DNA of 64,000 bases from Oscillospiraceae bacterium (GCA_015066385.1 SVOJ01000007.1:17448-81447); one strand, 5' to 3'; positions 48,519 through 57,383 are shown, counted from the first letter of the stretch. Notes: generated by a model from the letters alone, not told the origin. A program made the numbers and translations.

Positions 48519-48617
48519 ATTGAAGATCAGGTGCGAGGATAACACCTTTATAAAGAAATTCCGATTCAAGATCAGGTGTGAGGGTAACACCTTCATAAAA
48601 AAATCCCAACGGAAGAT
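48519..48617 (+). ncRNA. Type III antitoxin RNA: 2.2 tandem 45-nt repeats
   Basis: Units 48519-48563 and 48564-48608 are 38/45 identical by my count. Each contains an AGGTG...CACCT hairpin and an A-rich tract. A partial third unit GGAAGAT follows. Confidence 0.75.
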
Positions 48618-48653
48618 AGCCCTTGTACTTCGGTGCAAGGGCTTTATCTTTTT
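48618..48653 (+). terminator. Intra-operon terminator between antitoxin repeats and toxin gene
   Basis: An 11-bp stem, AGCCCTTGTAC / GTGCAAGGGCT, with a TTCG loop and a following U-rich tract. Confidence 0.75.
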
Positions 48654-48665
48654 GTATGAGGTATT

Positions 48666-49133
48666 ATGAAAACAAAAAAGATTTACGAATTACATTATTT
48701 GTCGGCAGAATTTTATAATAAGTACAACACATCAGAATATCCCGAAATTGAACATAAGATACAGCGACCTTATATTGTACTTTTGATTCAGGTAGATAAC
48801 AACACTTTTGCACTGCCTTTAAGAACAAATATCAAGCATGGTAATTGTTATAAATTTCAGTATTCATCAAGACCGACAGATAGTATTACCGGCATTGATT
48901 TTTCAAAAGCGGTCATAGTGAACGAAGCAAGTTATATAGGTGAAGCTGCTGAAATTGATAATAAGGAATATGTGGAGTTGAATGACAGAATTGCTTTTAT
49001 CGTCAGCAAATTCCGCACATATGTAAAAGGTTATTACACCTATGCGGCAGGAAAAGCGAATGAATATCAGGCAAAGAGATATAAATATACAACGCTAAAA
49101 TATTTCCATGAAGAGCTTGGTATATCGGAGTAA
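48666..49133 (+). CDS. Type III TA toxin, ToxN/AbiQ/CptN-like endoribonuclease (putative)
   Basis: 155-aa AT-rich ORF 12 nt after the terminator. The segment RPYIVLLIQVDNNTFALPLRTNIKH parallels the AbiQ/ToxN segment ...IGIVLEI.GHKYLAPLTSPK. The locus architecture is diagnostic. Confidence 0.7.
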   Translation: MKTKKIYELHYLSAEFYNKYNTSEYPEIEHKIQRPYIVLLIQVDNNTFALPLRTNIKHGNCYKFQYSSRPTDSITGIDFSKAVIVNEASYIGEAAEIDNKEYVELNDRIAFIVSKFRTYVKGYYTYAAGKANEYQAKRYKYTTLKYFHEELGISE

Positions 49134-49241
49134 ATCCGTGAGTACAAAAATTTTCGGCAATCAAATTATATCACAAAAAATCGTAAAAATTTAAATTATA
49201 ATCACAATTATTATAATAACGATAAAACAAGAGAAAACACA

Positions 49242-50141
49242 ATGATTAACTGTACACTTTGCCCCCGCAATTGCAAAATTGACCGCAGTCAGCACAAAGG
49301 ATTTTGCGGTCAGAAAGAAGCCCTTGTGCTTGCAAGGGCGGCTTTGCATTTTTGGGAAGAACCGTGTATCAGCGGTTCGGGAGGCAGCGGAACGGTCTTT
49401 TTCAGCGGTTGCAATCTGCGGTGTGTGTTCTGTCAGAACCGCAGGATCAGTGCCGATGGCTTCGGTGAAGCCGTCACCGTGAAGCGGCTTCGTGAAATTT
49501 TTGAAGAACTCGTATGGCAGGGTGCGGACAACATCAACCTTGTCACGCCGACCCATTTTGCCGCACCGATCGCCGAAGCACTCGACGGTTTTTCGCACAA
49601 TGTGCCCGTCATCTGGAATTCGGGCGGGTATGACAGTGTACAGACCCTGAAAATGCTCGAAGGAAAAATTGATATTTATATGCCCGACTTTAAATACAGT
49701 GCCGTTGCACCCGCCAAAAAATATTCTGCGGCGGCAGATTACCCCTTCCGTGTGCGTGCGGCACTCAAAGAAATGTACCGTCAGGTCGGTGATGTGCAGT
49801 TCGATGATTTCGGTATGTTGCAAAAAGGACTTCTTGTTCGGCATCTTGTTCTGCCGGGTGAACTTGAAAACACATACGGTGTTATTGATACTTTTGCATC
49901 CCTGTTTCCAGACGGGCAGGCTTTGTTCAGCCTGATGGGGCAATACACCCCGCCCGCCGAACCGCTTGCATTTGAAAATTTAAACCGTAAACTCACCGAA
50001 GAAGAATACGAAAAGGCGGAGGATTATCTGTATTTGTGCGGCATTGAAGACGGATTTGTGCAGGAACTGACCAGTGCCGAAGCACAATTCACCCCGCCGT
50101 TTGACCTGACGGGCGTACAAGAAGCGGATTTGCAGGACTGA
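49242..50141 (+). CDS. Radical SAM protein (PflX-like activase family)
   Basis: CPRNCKIDR ... FFSGCNLRCVFCQN, which contains a CxxxCxxC motif. Confidence 0.8.
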   Translation: MINCTLCPRNCKIDRSQHKGFCGQKEALVLARAALHFWEEPCISGSGGSGTVFFSGCNLRCVFCQNRRISADGFGEAVTVKRLREIFEELVWQGADNINLVTPTHFAAPIAEALDGFSHNVPVIWNSGGYDSVQTLKMLEGKIDIYMPDFKYSAVAPAKKYSAAADYPFRVRAALKEMYRQVGDVQFDDFGMLQKGLLVRHLVLPGELENTYGVIDTFASLFPDGQALFSLMGQYTPPAEPLAFENLNRKLTEEEYEKAEDYLYLCGIEDGFVQELTSAEAQFTPPFDLTGVQEADLQD

Positions 50142-50158
50142 ATAAATTGTAATTTTTA

Positions 50159-50187
50159 TTGCAATTTATGTCGGATTGTGCTATAAT
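50159..50187 (+). promoter_or_regulatory. Promoter of the small-peptide gene
   Basis: TTGCAA (50159-50164), a 17-nt spacer, then TATAAT (50182-50187) with a TGn extension. Confidence 0.6.
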
Positions 50188-50278
50188 TTTTTCGGGCAAG
50201 GCCGACCTTAAACGGTAGGCGGTTACCTTCCGATTACGAAGGGTGTCTTTTTTCCCTCCGGGAAGGAGGGAGGTGCAC

Positions 50279-50386
50279 ATGGTATCACTTGGAGATCTTA
50301 TTGGAATATTAAGTCTTCTTGTTGCAACTGTTGCAGTTGTTATTAGCATGGTGAACCTCATCATCAACATAACAAAAAAGAAATAA
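50279..50386 (+). CDS. 35-aa hydrophobic peptide, candidate type I toxin (holin-like toxin type)
   Basis: MVSLGDLIGILSLLVATVAVVISMVNLIINITKKK. The SD GGAGGG (50265-50270) is 8 nt upstream and can pair with CCCTCC (50254-50259). The ORF is shorter than the ORF-track cutoff. Confidence 0.6.
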   Translation: MVSLGDLIGILSLLVATVAVVISMVNLIINITKKK

Positions 50387-50463
50387 CCGCCCATCCAGCT
50401 TCCAACTGAGGCGGTTATTTCTGCTTTAACGGAAGACAAACCGTCTATCGGTTTGCCTTGTTC
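50375..50463 (-). ncRNA. Candidate antisense antitoxin sRNA (~90 nt)
   Basis: Predicted from the minus-strand consensus promoter and the shared hairpin, which on the minus strand is followed by T6. It is complementary to the 3' end of the peptide mRNA. The ends are inferred. Confidence 0.5.
50381..50420. terminator. Bidirectional terminator shared by peptide mRNA and antisense RNA
   Basis: AAATAACCGCC (50381-50391) pairs with GGCGGTTATTT (50410-50420). Both sides are T-rich. Confidence 0.7.
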
Positions 50464-50469
50464 ATTTAC

Positions 50470-50498
50470 ATTATATCAATCTTTTTTCATTCTGTCAA
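50470..50498 (-). promoter_or_regulatory. Consensus sigma-A promoter on the minus strand
   Basis: The reverse complement reads TTGACA (50498-50493), a 17-nt spacer, then TATAAT (50475-50470). Confidence 0.65.
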
Positions 50499-50522
50499 CA
50501 CCTGTTTTTCAGGTGTTTTTTC
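50497..50522 (+). terminator. Second plus-strand terminator
   Basis: AACACCT (50497-50503) pairs with AGGTGTT (50511-50517) and is followed by a T run. Confidence 0.6.
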
Positions 50523-50747
50523 AAATGATTTCTCACAACAAACTTTCCCCCGCATATAGTGTCTTTGGGGACACAATCCGCGGGGGTGCACGGCGGTACG
50601 GTTTGTTTCCGTCCCCGATTGACCGCTGTCATACGGCCGCCGCTGAAAACACTCTGTCGGACAAAATGCCCTCCCGACAGGGTGCAGACCCGTTGCCGGG
50701 TGCAAAAATTTTTTACAATCATTCATTAAATGCAAGGAAGTGAACGC

Positions 50748-52016
50748 ATGGCTCAGCCGCTTGCCGAACGAATCCGACCGCAATCCATTGATGAGGTTGT
50801 GGGACAAAAACACCTGATCGCAGAGAATGCACCGCTGTGTAATATTATCCGATCGGGTCATTTGCCCAATATGATTTTCTACGGTCCTTCGGGGACAGGG
50901 AAAACCACGGTTGCCCGTATTCTTGCGGCGGCAACCAAGCGAAAACTGCACATTCTCAACGGCACCAATGCATCCATTTCGGATGTGCGTGCCGTCATCG
51001 GTGAGGTCAACACCCTCGCCGCCCCCAACGGTGTGCTTTTGTATCTCGACGAAATTCAGTATTTCAACAAAAAACAACAGCAATCCCTGCTCGAATACAT
51101 CGAAAACGGAACCGTTACCCTCATTGCCGCCACCACCGAAAATCCGTATTTTTATATCTATCCCGCTATTCTCAGCCGCAGCACCGTGTTTGAGTTCAAG
51201 TTCGTCACGCCTGAAGACATTCTGCCCGCGCTGGAACGTGCCTTTGCCGTGATGGCAGAAGATTTCAAAGAGGAATTTGAAATTGAAGACGGGGTGCTCA
51301 TGCACATTGCCCGCGGTTGCGGCGGGGACGTGCGCAAGGGGGTTAATTCGGTTGAATTGTGTGTGCTGTCGAGCAATATTCCCGATGTCGGACAGAAGCG
51401 AAAAATTCTGCTTGAAACCGCAAAAGCCGTCACCCAGAAAACCGCCCTTCGCTATGACCGCGAGGGGGACGAGCATTACGATCTTTTGTCTGCTTTTCAG
51501 AAATCCATGCGCGGCTCTGATCCGAATGCAACGCTTCACTACCTTGCCCGCATTTTAGAAGCGGGGGATATGCCTTCGGCTTGCAGAAGACTCATGGTCT
51601 GTGCGGCGGAGGACGTCGGACTTGCCTATCCGATGATCATTCCCATTGTCAAAGCCGCTGTGGACATGGCTTTTCAGGTCGGCATGCCCGAGGCTCGCAT
51701 TCCGCTTGCCGATGCCGCCGTGCTGGTGGCAACAAGCCCGAAATCGAATTCCGCGTATCTCGGCTACGATGCAGCACTGTCCGATTTGCAGGCAGGAAAA
51801 GCAGGTCCCGTGCCGCGCACCTTGCAGAACAAGCATTTTGACGGCGAAGATGCGGCCGTGAAAGGGCAGTTTTACAATTATCCGCATGCCTACCCGAATC
51901 ATTGGTGCAAGCAACAATACCTGCCCGATAACCTCAAAAATATCACCTATTATCAGTTCGGCGAAAACCGCACCGAGCAAGCGGCAAAAGAGTATTGGGA
52001 TAAAATTAAAAAATAA
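50748..52016 (+). CDS. rarA: Replication-associated recombination protein A (AAA+ ATPase)
   Basis: I chose the start at MAQPLAERIRPQSIDEVVGQKHL, after AAGGAAG. Walker A is GPSGTGKTT, and a MgsA C-terminal domain is present. Confidence 0.9.
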   Translation: MAQPLAERIRPQSIDEVVGQKHLIAENAPLCNIIRSGHLPNMIFYGPSGTGKTTVARILAAATKRKLHILNGTNASISDVRAVIGEVNTLAAPNGVLLYLDEIQYFNKKQQQSLLEYIENGTVTLIAATTENPYFYIYPAILSRSTVFEFKFVTPEDILPALERAFAVMAEDFKEEFEIEDGVLMHIARGCGGDVRKGVNSVELCVLSSNIPDVGQKRKILLETAKAVTQKTALRYDREGDEHYDLLSAFQKSMRGSDPNATLHYLARILEAGDMPSACRRLMVCAAEDVGLAYPMIIPIVKAAVDMAFQVGMPEARIPLADAAVLVATSPKSNSAYLGYDAALSDLQAGKAGPVPRTLQNKHFDGEDAAVKGQFYNYPHAYPNHWCKQQYLPDNLKNITYYQFGENRTEQAAKEYWDKIKK

Positions 52017-52033
52017 AACCGCAAAACACGAAC

Positions 52034-52070
52034 AAACCCGTATCGGAGGTATCATCCGGTACGGGTTTTC
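52034..52070. terminator. Terminator between convergent genes
   Basis: AACCCGTA ... TACGGGTT stem followed by a T run. Confidence 0.6.
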
Positions 52071-52130
52071 TGTCGTCGGGGTATTTTTCGTTTTTCTGCA
52101 CAATTGTATCAGAGAGGTTTTCAGATTGTT

Positions 52131-52649
52131 TTATACCGGAGAAATGAAAATGCCGATCTGCGGCGGAGAATATGTCCACACCAAAAAGCACACTGCCGTC
52201 AATGCTGCCGACACACGGCACAGCGGCACACAGACGGGGGATGAAAACCGATCGGTTCTTACATACTTATAAGAGAACCGCCATGCGACTGCCGCACCGA
52301 TAAAATACAACGAAATGTTGATAAAATCAACATTTCTCCCCAGTATCCCAGCGTAAGTGTAAACTGCAATTGTGATAAAACTCATCCCAACCACGGCTGC
52401 AAGGTATTTGACGCACAGAAAATTCTTTTGTTTTTTTCCGTACACAAAATATTCAATGATCGCAAACAGCACAATCGGGACCCATAACAATTTCAGGTGT
52501 TCCCATGTGCTCTCGTTGGTGGCAGAAAATGCGGCAATAAATTTGTTTTGTCCCGTCCAATTGTACAAAAAATGCAAAAGCGTGCCTGCAATGCAGGTGA
52601 AGACAAAGCCTGCCATGTGGATTTTTTTCAGCGGTGAAAATTTTTTCAA
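52131..52649 (-). CDS. Hypothetical polytopic membrane protein
   Basis: 172 aa with about five hydrophobic helices. I cannot assign a family with confidence. Confidence 0.55.
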   Translation of the reverse strand: MKKFSPLKKIHMAGFVFTCIAGTLLHFLYNWTGQNKFIAAFSATNESTWEHLKLLWVPIVLFAIIEYFVYGKKQKNFLCVKYLAAVVGMSFITIAVYTYAGILGRNVDFINISLYFIGAAVAWRFSYKYVRTDRFSSPVCVPLCRVSAALTAVCFLVWTYSPPQIGIFISPV

Positions 52650-52725
52650 ACTTGCATCACTCCGTATTGAAATTTTTGTTTTTTTAATGTATAATATTAT
52701 AATCTATGAGCAAAGGAGGATAACC

Positions 52726-53364
52726 ATGTTCGATCGGCTTCGGGAAGACATTGCAAGTGTCCGTGAACGCGACCCTGCGGCAACGAGCACGATTGAAATC
52801 CTGTTTTTATATCCGGGACTTCGTGCCATCCGCTCGCACCGTAAAGCGCATTGGTTCTATACCCATAATATGCACTTTATCGCACGATGTATCTCGCAGG
52901 CATCCGCAAGAAGAACGAACATAGAGATCCATCCGGGTGCAAAAATCGGCAAACGTTTTTTTATTGACCACGGTACGGGAGTTGTCATCGGCGAAACCGC
53001 CGAAATCGGCGACAATGTCACTATCTATCAGGGCGTTACCCTGGGCGGTACGGGTAAGGATGTCGGCAAACGCCATCCCACCGTCGGCAACAATGTCCTC
53101 ATCGGTGCAGGAGCGAAGGTATTGGGGCCGTTCAAAATCGGTGACAATACCAACATCGCCGCCGGCAGCGTGGTACTCAATGAAATCCCCGCAAATTGCA
53201 CGGCGGTCGGTACTCCCGCAAGGGTCGTCAAACGCGACGGCAAGCGAGTGGTTGATGACCTTGATCAGGTGCACATTCCCGACCCCATCCAACAGGAAAT
53301 TGACAAACTGCACCGCCGTATAGAAGAACTTGAAAAACAAATTGCAAAAGGAGATACACAATGA
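52726..53364 (+). CDS. cysE: Serine O-acetyltransferase
   Basis: The start [19 protein letters not shown] follows AAAGGAGG. Hexapeptide repeats are present ([38 protein letters not shown]). Confidence 0.9.
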   Translation: MFDRLREDIASVRERDPAATSTIEILFLYPGLRAIRSHRKAHWFYTHNMHFIARCISQASARRTNIEIHPGAKIGKRFFIDHGTGVVIGETAEIGDNVTIYQGVTLGGTGKDVGKRHPTVGNNVLIGAGAKVLGPFKIGDNTNIAAGSVVLNEIPANCTAVGTPARVVKRDGKRVVDDLDQVHIPDPIQQEIDKLHRRIEELEKQIAKGDTQ

Positions 53365-54761
53365 AAGTTTATAATACACTTACCAGACAAAAAGAAGAAC
53401 TCATTCCCCTCAAGGAAGGCGAAGTCGGCATCTATGCCTGCGGCCCGACCGTTTATAACTACATCCACATCGGCAATGCCAGACCCATCTGCGTGTTTGA
53501 CGTGCTGCGTCGTTATCTTGAATACATCGGCTATAAAGTAAACTTTGTGCAGAACTTTACCGATATTGATGATAAGATTATCAACCGTGCAAATGACGAA
53601 GGTACGGATTATCTGACCGTTTCCGAAAAATACATTGCCGAATATAAAACCGATGCAGGCGGACTCAACGTCCGTCCCGCAACCGTGCATCCCAAAGCCA
53701 CCGAAAATATTGACGAAATCATTTCCATCATTTCCAAACTCATCGAAAAAGGCTATGCTTATGAAGCACAGGGAGATGTCTATTTCAGCACCCTTAAATT
53801 TGACGAATACGGCAAACTGTCCCATCAGCCGATGGAAGACCTGCTTGCAGGTGCCAGAATCAACATTGGCGAAGTCAAAAAAGAAGCGGTTGACTTTGCG
53901 CTGTGGAAGTCTTCCAAACCCGGTGAACCCTGGTGGGAATCCCCTTGGGGCAAGGGCAGACCCGGCTGGCACATTGAATGCTCGGCCATGTCGCGCCGTT
54001 ATCTGGGCGAAACTATCGACATCCATTGCGGCGGTCAGGATCTTGTGTTCCCCCACCATGAAAACGAAATTGCACAGAGCGAATGCTGCAACGGCGTTCC
54101 CTTTGCACGTTACTGGATGCACAACGGCTTTATTACCGTTGACAACGAAAAGATGAGCAAATCCAAGGGCAATTTCTTCACCGTGCGTGACGTTGCGCAA
54201 CAGTTCGGCTATGAACCCATCCGCTATCTGATGATCTCCTGTCAGTACAGAAGCCCCATCAACTATTCCTATGATTCTCTTGAACAGTGTAAGGCGTCTC
54301 TGACCCGTCTTTACAACTGCCGCGAAGCACTTGATTTTGCCCTCAAGAACGCTTCCGAAGAAGCCAACGAAGAAGCAATCAAGGTTGCAAGCGAAGGCTG
54401 TGCCGCCGCAAAGAAAGCATTCTGCGAAGCCATGGACGATGATCTCAACACCGCCGATGCCATTGCTGCCGTGTTTGATTTTGTCCGATTTATCAACAAA
54501 TCCGTGCTGACCGATACCCCCGTCAAAGCGGCCGTTGAAGAAGCCACTAAGTTGTTTGACGAACTGACCAATGTTCTCGGTCTTGTCTATAACCGCAAGA
54601 CCGAATCCCTTGACGACGAAGTCGAAGCCCTCATCGCCGCCCGCACCGAAGCCAGAAAGAGCAAGAACTGGGCAGAAGCCGACCGTATCCGCGATCAGCT
54701 CAAGGAAATGGGCATCGTCCTTGAAGACACCCCGCAGGGTGTCAAATGGTCAAGAGTATAA
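53361..54761 (+). CDS. cysS: Cysteine--tRNA ligase
   Basis: [14 protein letters not shown]..., HIGNARP (HIGH motif), KMSKS, and a 4-nt overlap with cysE. Confidence 0.95.
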   Translation: MKVYNTLTRQKEELIPLKEGEVGIYACGPTVYNYIHIGNARPICVFDVLRRYLEYIGYKVNFVQNFTDIDDKIINRANDEGTDYLTVSEKYIAEYKTDAGGLNVRPATVHPKATENIDEIISIISKLIEKGYAYEAQGDVYFSTLKFDEYGKLSHQPMEDLLAGARINIGEVKKEAVDFALWKSSKPGEPWWESPWGKGRPGWHIECSAMSRRYLGETIDIHCGGQDLVFPHHENEIAQSECCNGVPFARYWMHNGFITVDNEKMSKSKGNFFTVRDVAQQFGYEPIRYLMISCQYRSPINYSYDSLEQCKASLTRLYNCREALDFALKNASEEANEEAIKVASEGCAAAKKAFCEAMDDDLNTADAIAAVFDFVRFINKSVLTDTPVKAAVEEATKLFDELTNVLGLVYNRKTESLDDEVEALIAARTEARKSKNWAEADRIRDQLKEMGIVLEDTPQGVKWSRV

Positions 54762-54983
54762 CAAACGTATCCCCCTCCCGATTATTTAATGGTATTCAAA
54801 AAGCATCAGATACTCACACTTAAAAAATAGTGTTTCTGAATAAAAATTGTTCGGAAAACTCAGAGGCAGATCGGTTGTGCTGTTATTAAGGGCAATATGA
54901 TTTTTTGCTATCAGTTAACAAGATATTTCATTTTATAGAAACATTTTAGTAATAGTCTTAAAAAAACAAACGAGGTGAAGAAT

Positions 54984-57290
54984 ATGGCAAAAGGAAAACG
55001 TGCAGAATCTCGTTGTAGATACTTGGTAAGAGAAATAGCTAATCAAAAAGGGTGGAATATAAAACATCCTCAACGGGGTGGCGATTTTTTAGAGGAACAA
55101 GAAATTGAAGATTATTTTCCTGACACCGGATTAGGGAAGACAAAACCCGATTTTTTGATCTGTAAACAGTACGCACCAATTATCGTTGTTGAAGCTAAAA
55201 ATGATCTCAAGAAAATTGAAACGGCTCTTTCTGAGGCTATTGACTACGCTAATACAATCAACAAGTACGGAAATTATTCCGTTAGCATTGCAATTGGAGT
55301 TGCCGGCGAAGAAGATAATGGTTATCTTTTCAAAACAGTCATACTTAATGATGGGGAATGGATACCACTTGCTTCTCATGGTTTCAACTTAACAAGTTTT
55401 CCGAGTGTTAGTGAAGTTGAAACAGCATTGTTAACCAAAAATGGTACAACAGAAGTAGCGATTCCAAAAGTTTCTGACTATATAACGACTGCAATAGAGT
55501 TATCAGCTGTTTTACGTTCAGCAAAGATTGAACCGTCCCTACGTCCGAAAGTATTAGGCGCTGTAATTACAGCACTTTATCAAGGCGAAATTGACTTGGA
55601 ACAAGGAAAAGAATTGTCCTCTGTGAATGGATTGGTTGAGGCTGCTATTGCTACAACAGATCATTTTGAAGAGTCCAAGAAAAATCAGTTAGTTGAAACA
55701 CTTCGCCTTTCTGAGACGGATTACGCAAGATTAGCCCCTAAAATAGGGAAAATTGTCCATACGTTAAAGGCACTTAACATTAAATCCATTTTGAGAACAG
55801 ATACAGACTTTTTGGGATTACTGTATGAAGCATTTATTCGTTATGGCTATGATAACAATTCTTTGGGAATTGTTTTCACCCCACGACATATCACTAAGTT
55901 TTGTGCTGAATTGATTGATGTTACAGCACAAGATACCGTTATTGATATTGCTTGTGGGTCGGGCGGATTCTTGGTTGCATCGTTTGATAGAATGCTGAAG
56001 ACATCAAAAGAACTTGGTGTTTCTTATTCAATAATTCGCGAATCTCTTTATGGATTTGATACGAACCCGACTGTATGGGCTCTTGCTGCTTTAAATATGT
56101 TTTTCAGAGGCGACGGAAAAAGCCACATCGAAAACGTGAGTTGTTTTGATTCTCACAGTAAAGAAAGTGTAAAAGGTCGTTTTACAAAAGCACTCATTAA
56201 CCCACCTTTCTCGCAGGAGGAGGAACCTGAACGCGATTTTATTGATGCCGCAATGGCAGCATTGCATAAAACAGGCTTACTTGCAGTGGTTGTGAAATCC
56301 GGTATTTTTGCGGATGAAGATAATGCGCCTTGGCGAAATAATTTTTTGGTTAGTAACGCAGTGATAGGTATGATCAGCCTTCCTGGTGACCTGTTCTATC
56401 CCACTGCTGTTGACACAACAATTATGATTGCGGCACCTCGCAGCCAGCGAACAACAGATGACGTTTTCATGGCAAAAATATGGAATGATGGATATCGTAA
56501 ATTAAAAGGGAAACGAGTAGAAGCATCCGGTTCCCAACTCGAAGAAATTCTTCAAGAGTTTATCAAATTCAGATCCGGTCAGCCGGTGTCCTCTGATCTT
56601 GCAACTGTAATTAAAGCGGAGAAAATCATGCGCAGAGGTGCGGAATTTTGCCCTGAGGCATATCTTCCTCAACCGGAATTTCCGCAAGAGGAACAAGAAC
56701 GATATCGAGACGAAATCACAAAATCCATTCTTACAACGGCTGTATGTGTAGAAGATATCGCCGACGAAGTTCTGCCGGACTTTCCCTCATGGAATAATCT
56801 TCCGCTAATGCCATACGGAGAAACGGACAGCATTGAACGATTTTTCACTGTTATGGGTGGAAAGTCGAGTGGTGAAAGCAATTATCACACCGGTTCATGT
56901 CCATATATTTCTTCTGGTGATCCTCAAAACAGTGTTGTTCGTTTGGTTGGGGATGTTGATAATGAGGTATTCTCTGACGGTGCAATTACAGTAACTTGTT
57001 TTGGTAGGGCCTGTGTTCAGCCGTGGAGATTTATGGCACGAGGAAATGGTGGTAGTGCCGTGCGTGTGTTAGTTCCTAAGTATGCTATGACCTATTCAGA
57101 ACTGGTTTGGTTTGCTGCGCAGATAAATATGCAAAGATGGCGATTCTTCTACGGAAGAATGGCGATTCTAAAAAGGCTCAAGCAAATTAAGTTAACTGCA
57201 CCGAAACAACAGTTACCGGATAGTGGTATAACAATAGCGAAAAAGGTTTCGGAATTGTCAGAAAAAGTAATTGATATTATGAAACAATAA
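54984..57290 (+). CDS. Fused restriction-modification enzyme, type IIG-like (PD-ExK nuclease + gamma-class N6A methyltransferase + TRD)
   Basis: The N-terminus KPDFLICKQYAPIIVVEAK is an HsdR-N-type PD-(D/E)xK motif. The middle carries FTPRHI, DIACGSGGFL (motif I) and NPPF (motif IV). The C-terminal ~200 aa resemble a half-TRD of specificity subunits. I chose the ATG at 54984, after GAGGTG. Confidence 0.7.
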   Translation: MAKGKRAESRCRYLVREIANQKGWNIKHPQRGGDFLEEQEIEDYFPDTGLGKTKPDFLICKQYAPIIVVEAKNDLKKIETALSEAIDYANTINKYGNYSVSIAIGVAGEEDNGYLFKTVILNDGEWIPLASHGFNLTSFPSVSEVETALLTKNGTTEVAIPKVSDYITTAIELSAVLRSAKIEPSLRPKVLGAVITALYQGEIDLEQGKELSSVNGLVEAAIATTDHFEESKKNQLVETLRLSETDYARLAPKIGKIVHTLKALNIKSILRTDTDFLGLLYEAFIRYGYDNNSLGIVFTPRHITKFCAELIDVTAQDTVIDIACGSGGFLVASFDRMLKTSKELGVSYSIIRESLYGFDTNPTVWALAALNMFFRGDGKSHIENVSCFDSHSKESVKGRFTKALINPPFSQEEEPERDFIDAAMAALHKTGLLAVVVKSGIFADEDNAPWRNNFLVSNAVIGMISLPGDLFYPTAVDTTIMIAAPRSQRTTDDVFMAKIWNDGYRKLKGKRVEASGSQLEEILQEFIKFRSGQPVSSDLATVIKAEKIMRRGAEFCPEAYLPQPEFPQEEQERYRDEITKSILTTAVCVEDIADEVLPDFPSWNNLPLMPYGETDSIERFFTVMGGKSSGESNYHTGSCPYISSGDPQNSVVRLVGDVDNEVFSDGAITVTCFGRACVQPWRFMARGNGGSAVRVLVPKYAMTYSELVWFAAQINMQRWRFFYGRMAILKRLKQIKLTAPKQQLPDSGITIAKKVSELSEKVIDIMKQ

Positions 57291-57383
57291 CCTGTATAAA
57301 GACGGGAGAGGGCTGTTACAACTCCGGTGTTGGAATTTGCAATAGTCCCCCCTTTTTTTATTGTTTTGTATGCAAAATTATTT

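Noticed and set aside
48519-48617. Mini CRISPR array
   Set aside because: There are only two full units, directly adjacent with no spacers, and no cas genes. The promoter, terminator and downstream toxin-like ORF fit a type III antitoxin instead.
50524-50727. Possible 6S RNA upstream of rarA
   Set aside because: Apart from a 7-nt AATGATT/AATCATT match, the 5' and 3' flanks do not pair into the long closing stem with central bubble expected for 6S RNA. The region instead forms four separate hairpins. I kept it as an unexplained structured block.
50487-51539. 350-aa ORF on the minus strand
   Set aside because: It is antisense to rarA and runs through the GC-rich intergenic block. It has no motifs, while rarA on the plus strand is unambiguous.
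52650-52725. T-box leader expected upstream of cysE-cysS
   Set aside because: The intergenic region is only ~75 nt, just enough for a promoter and an SD. It has no specifier loop, no T-box sequence and no terminator/antiterminator.
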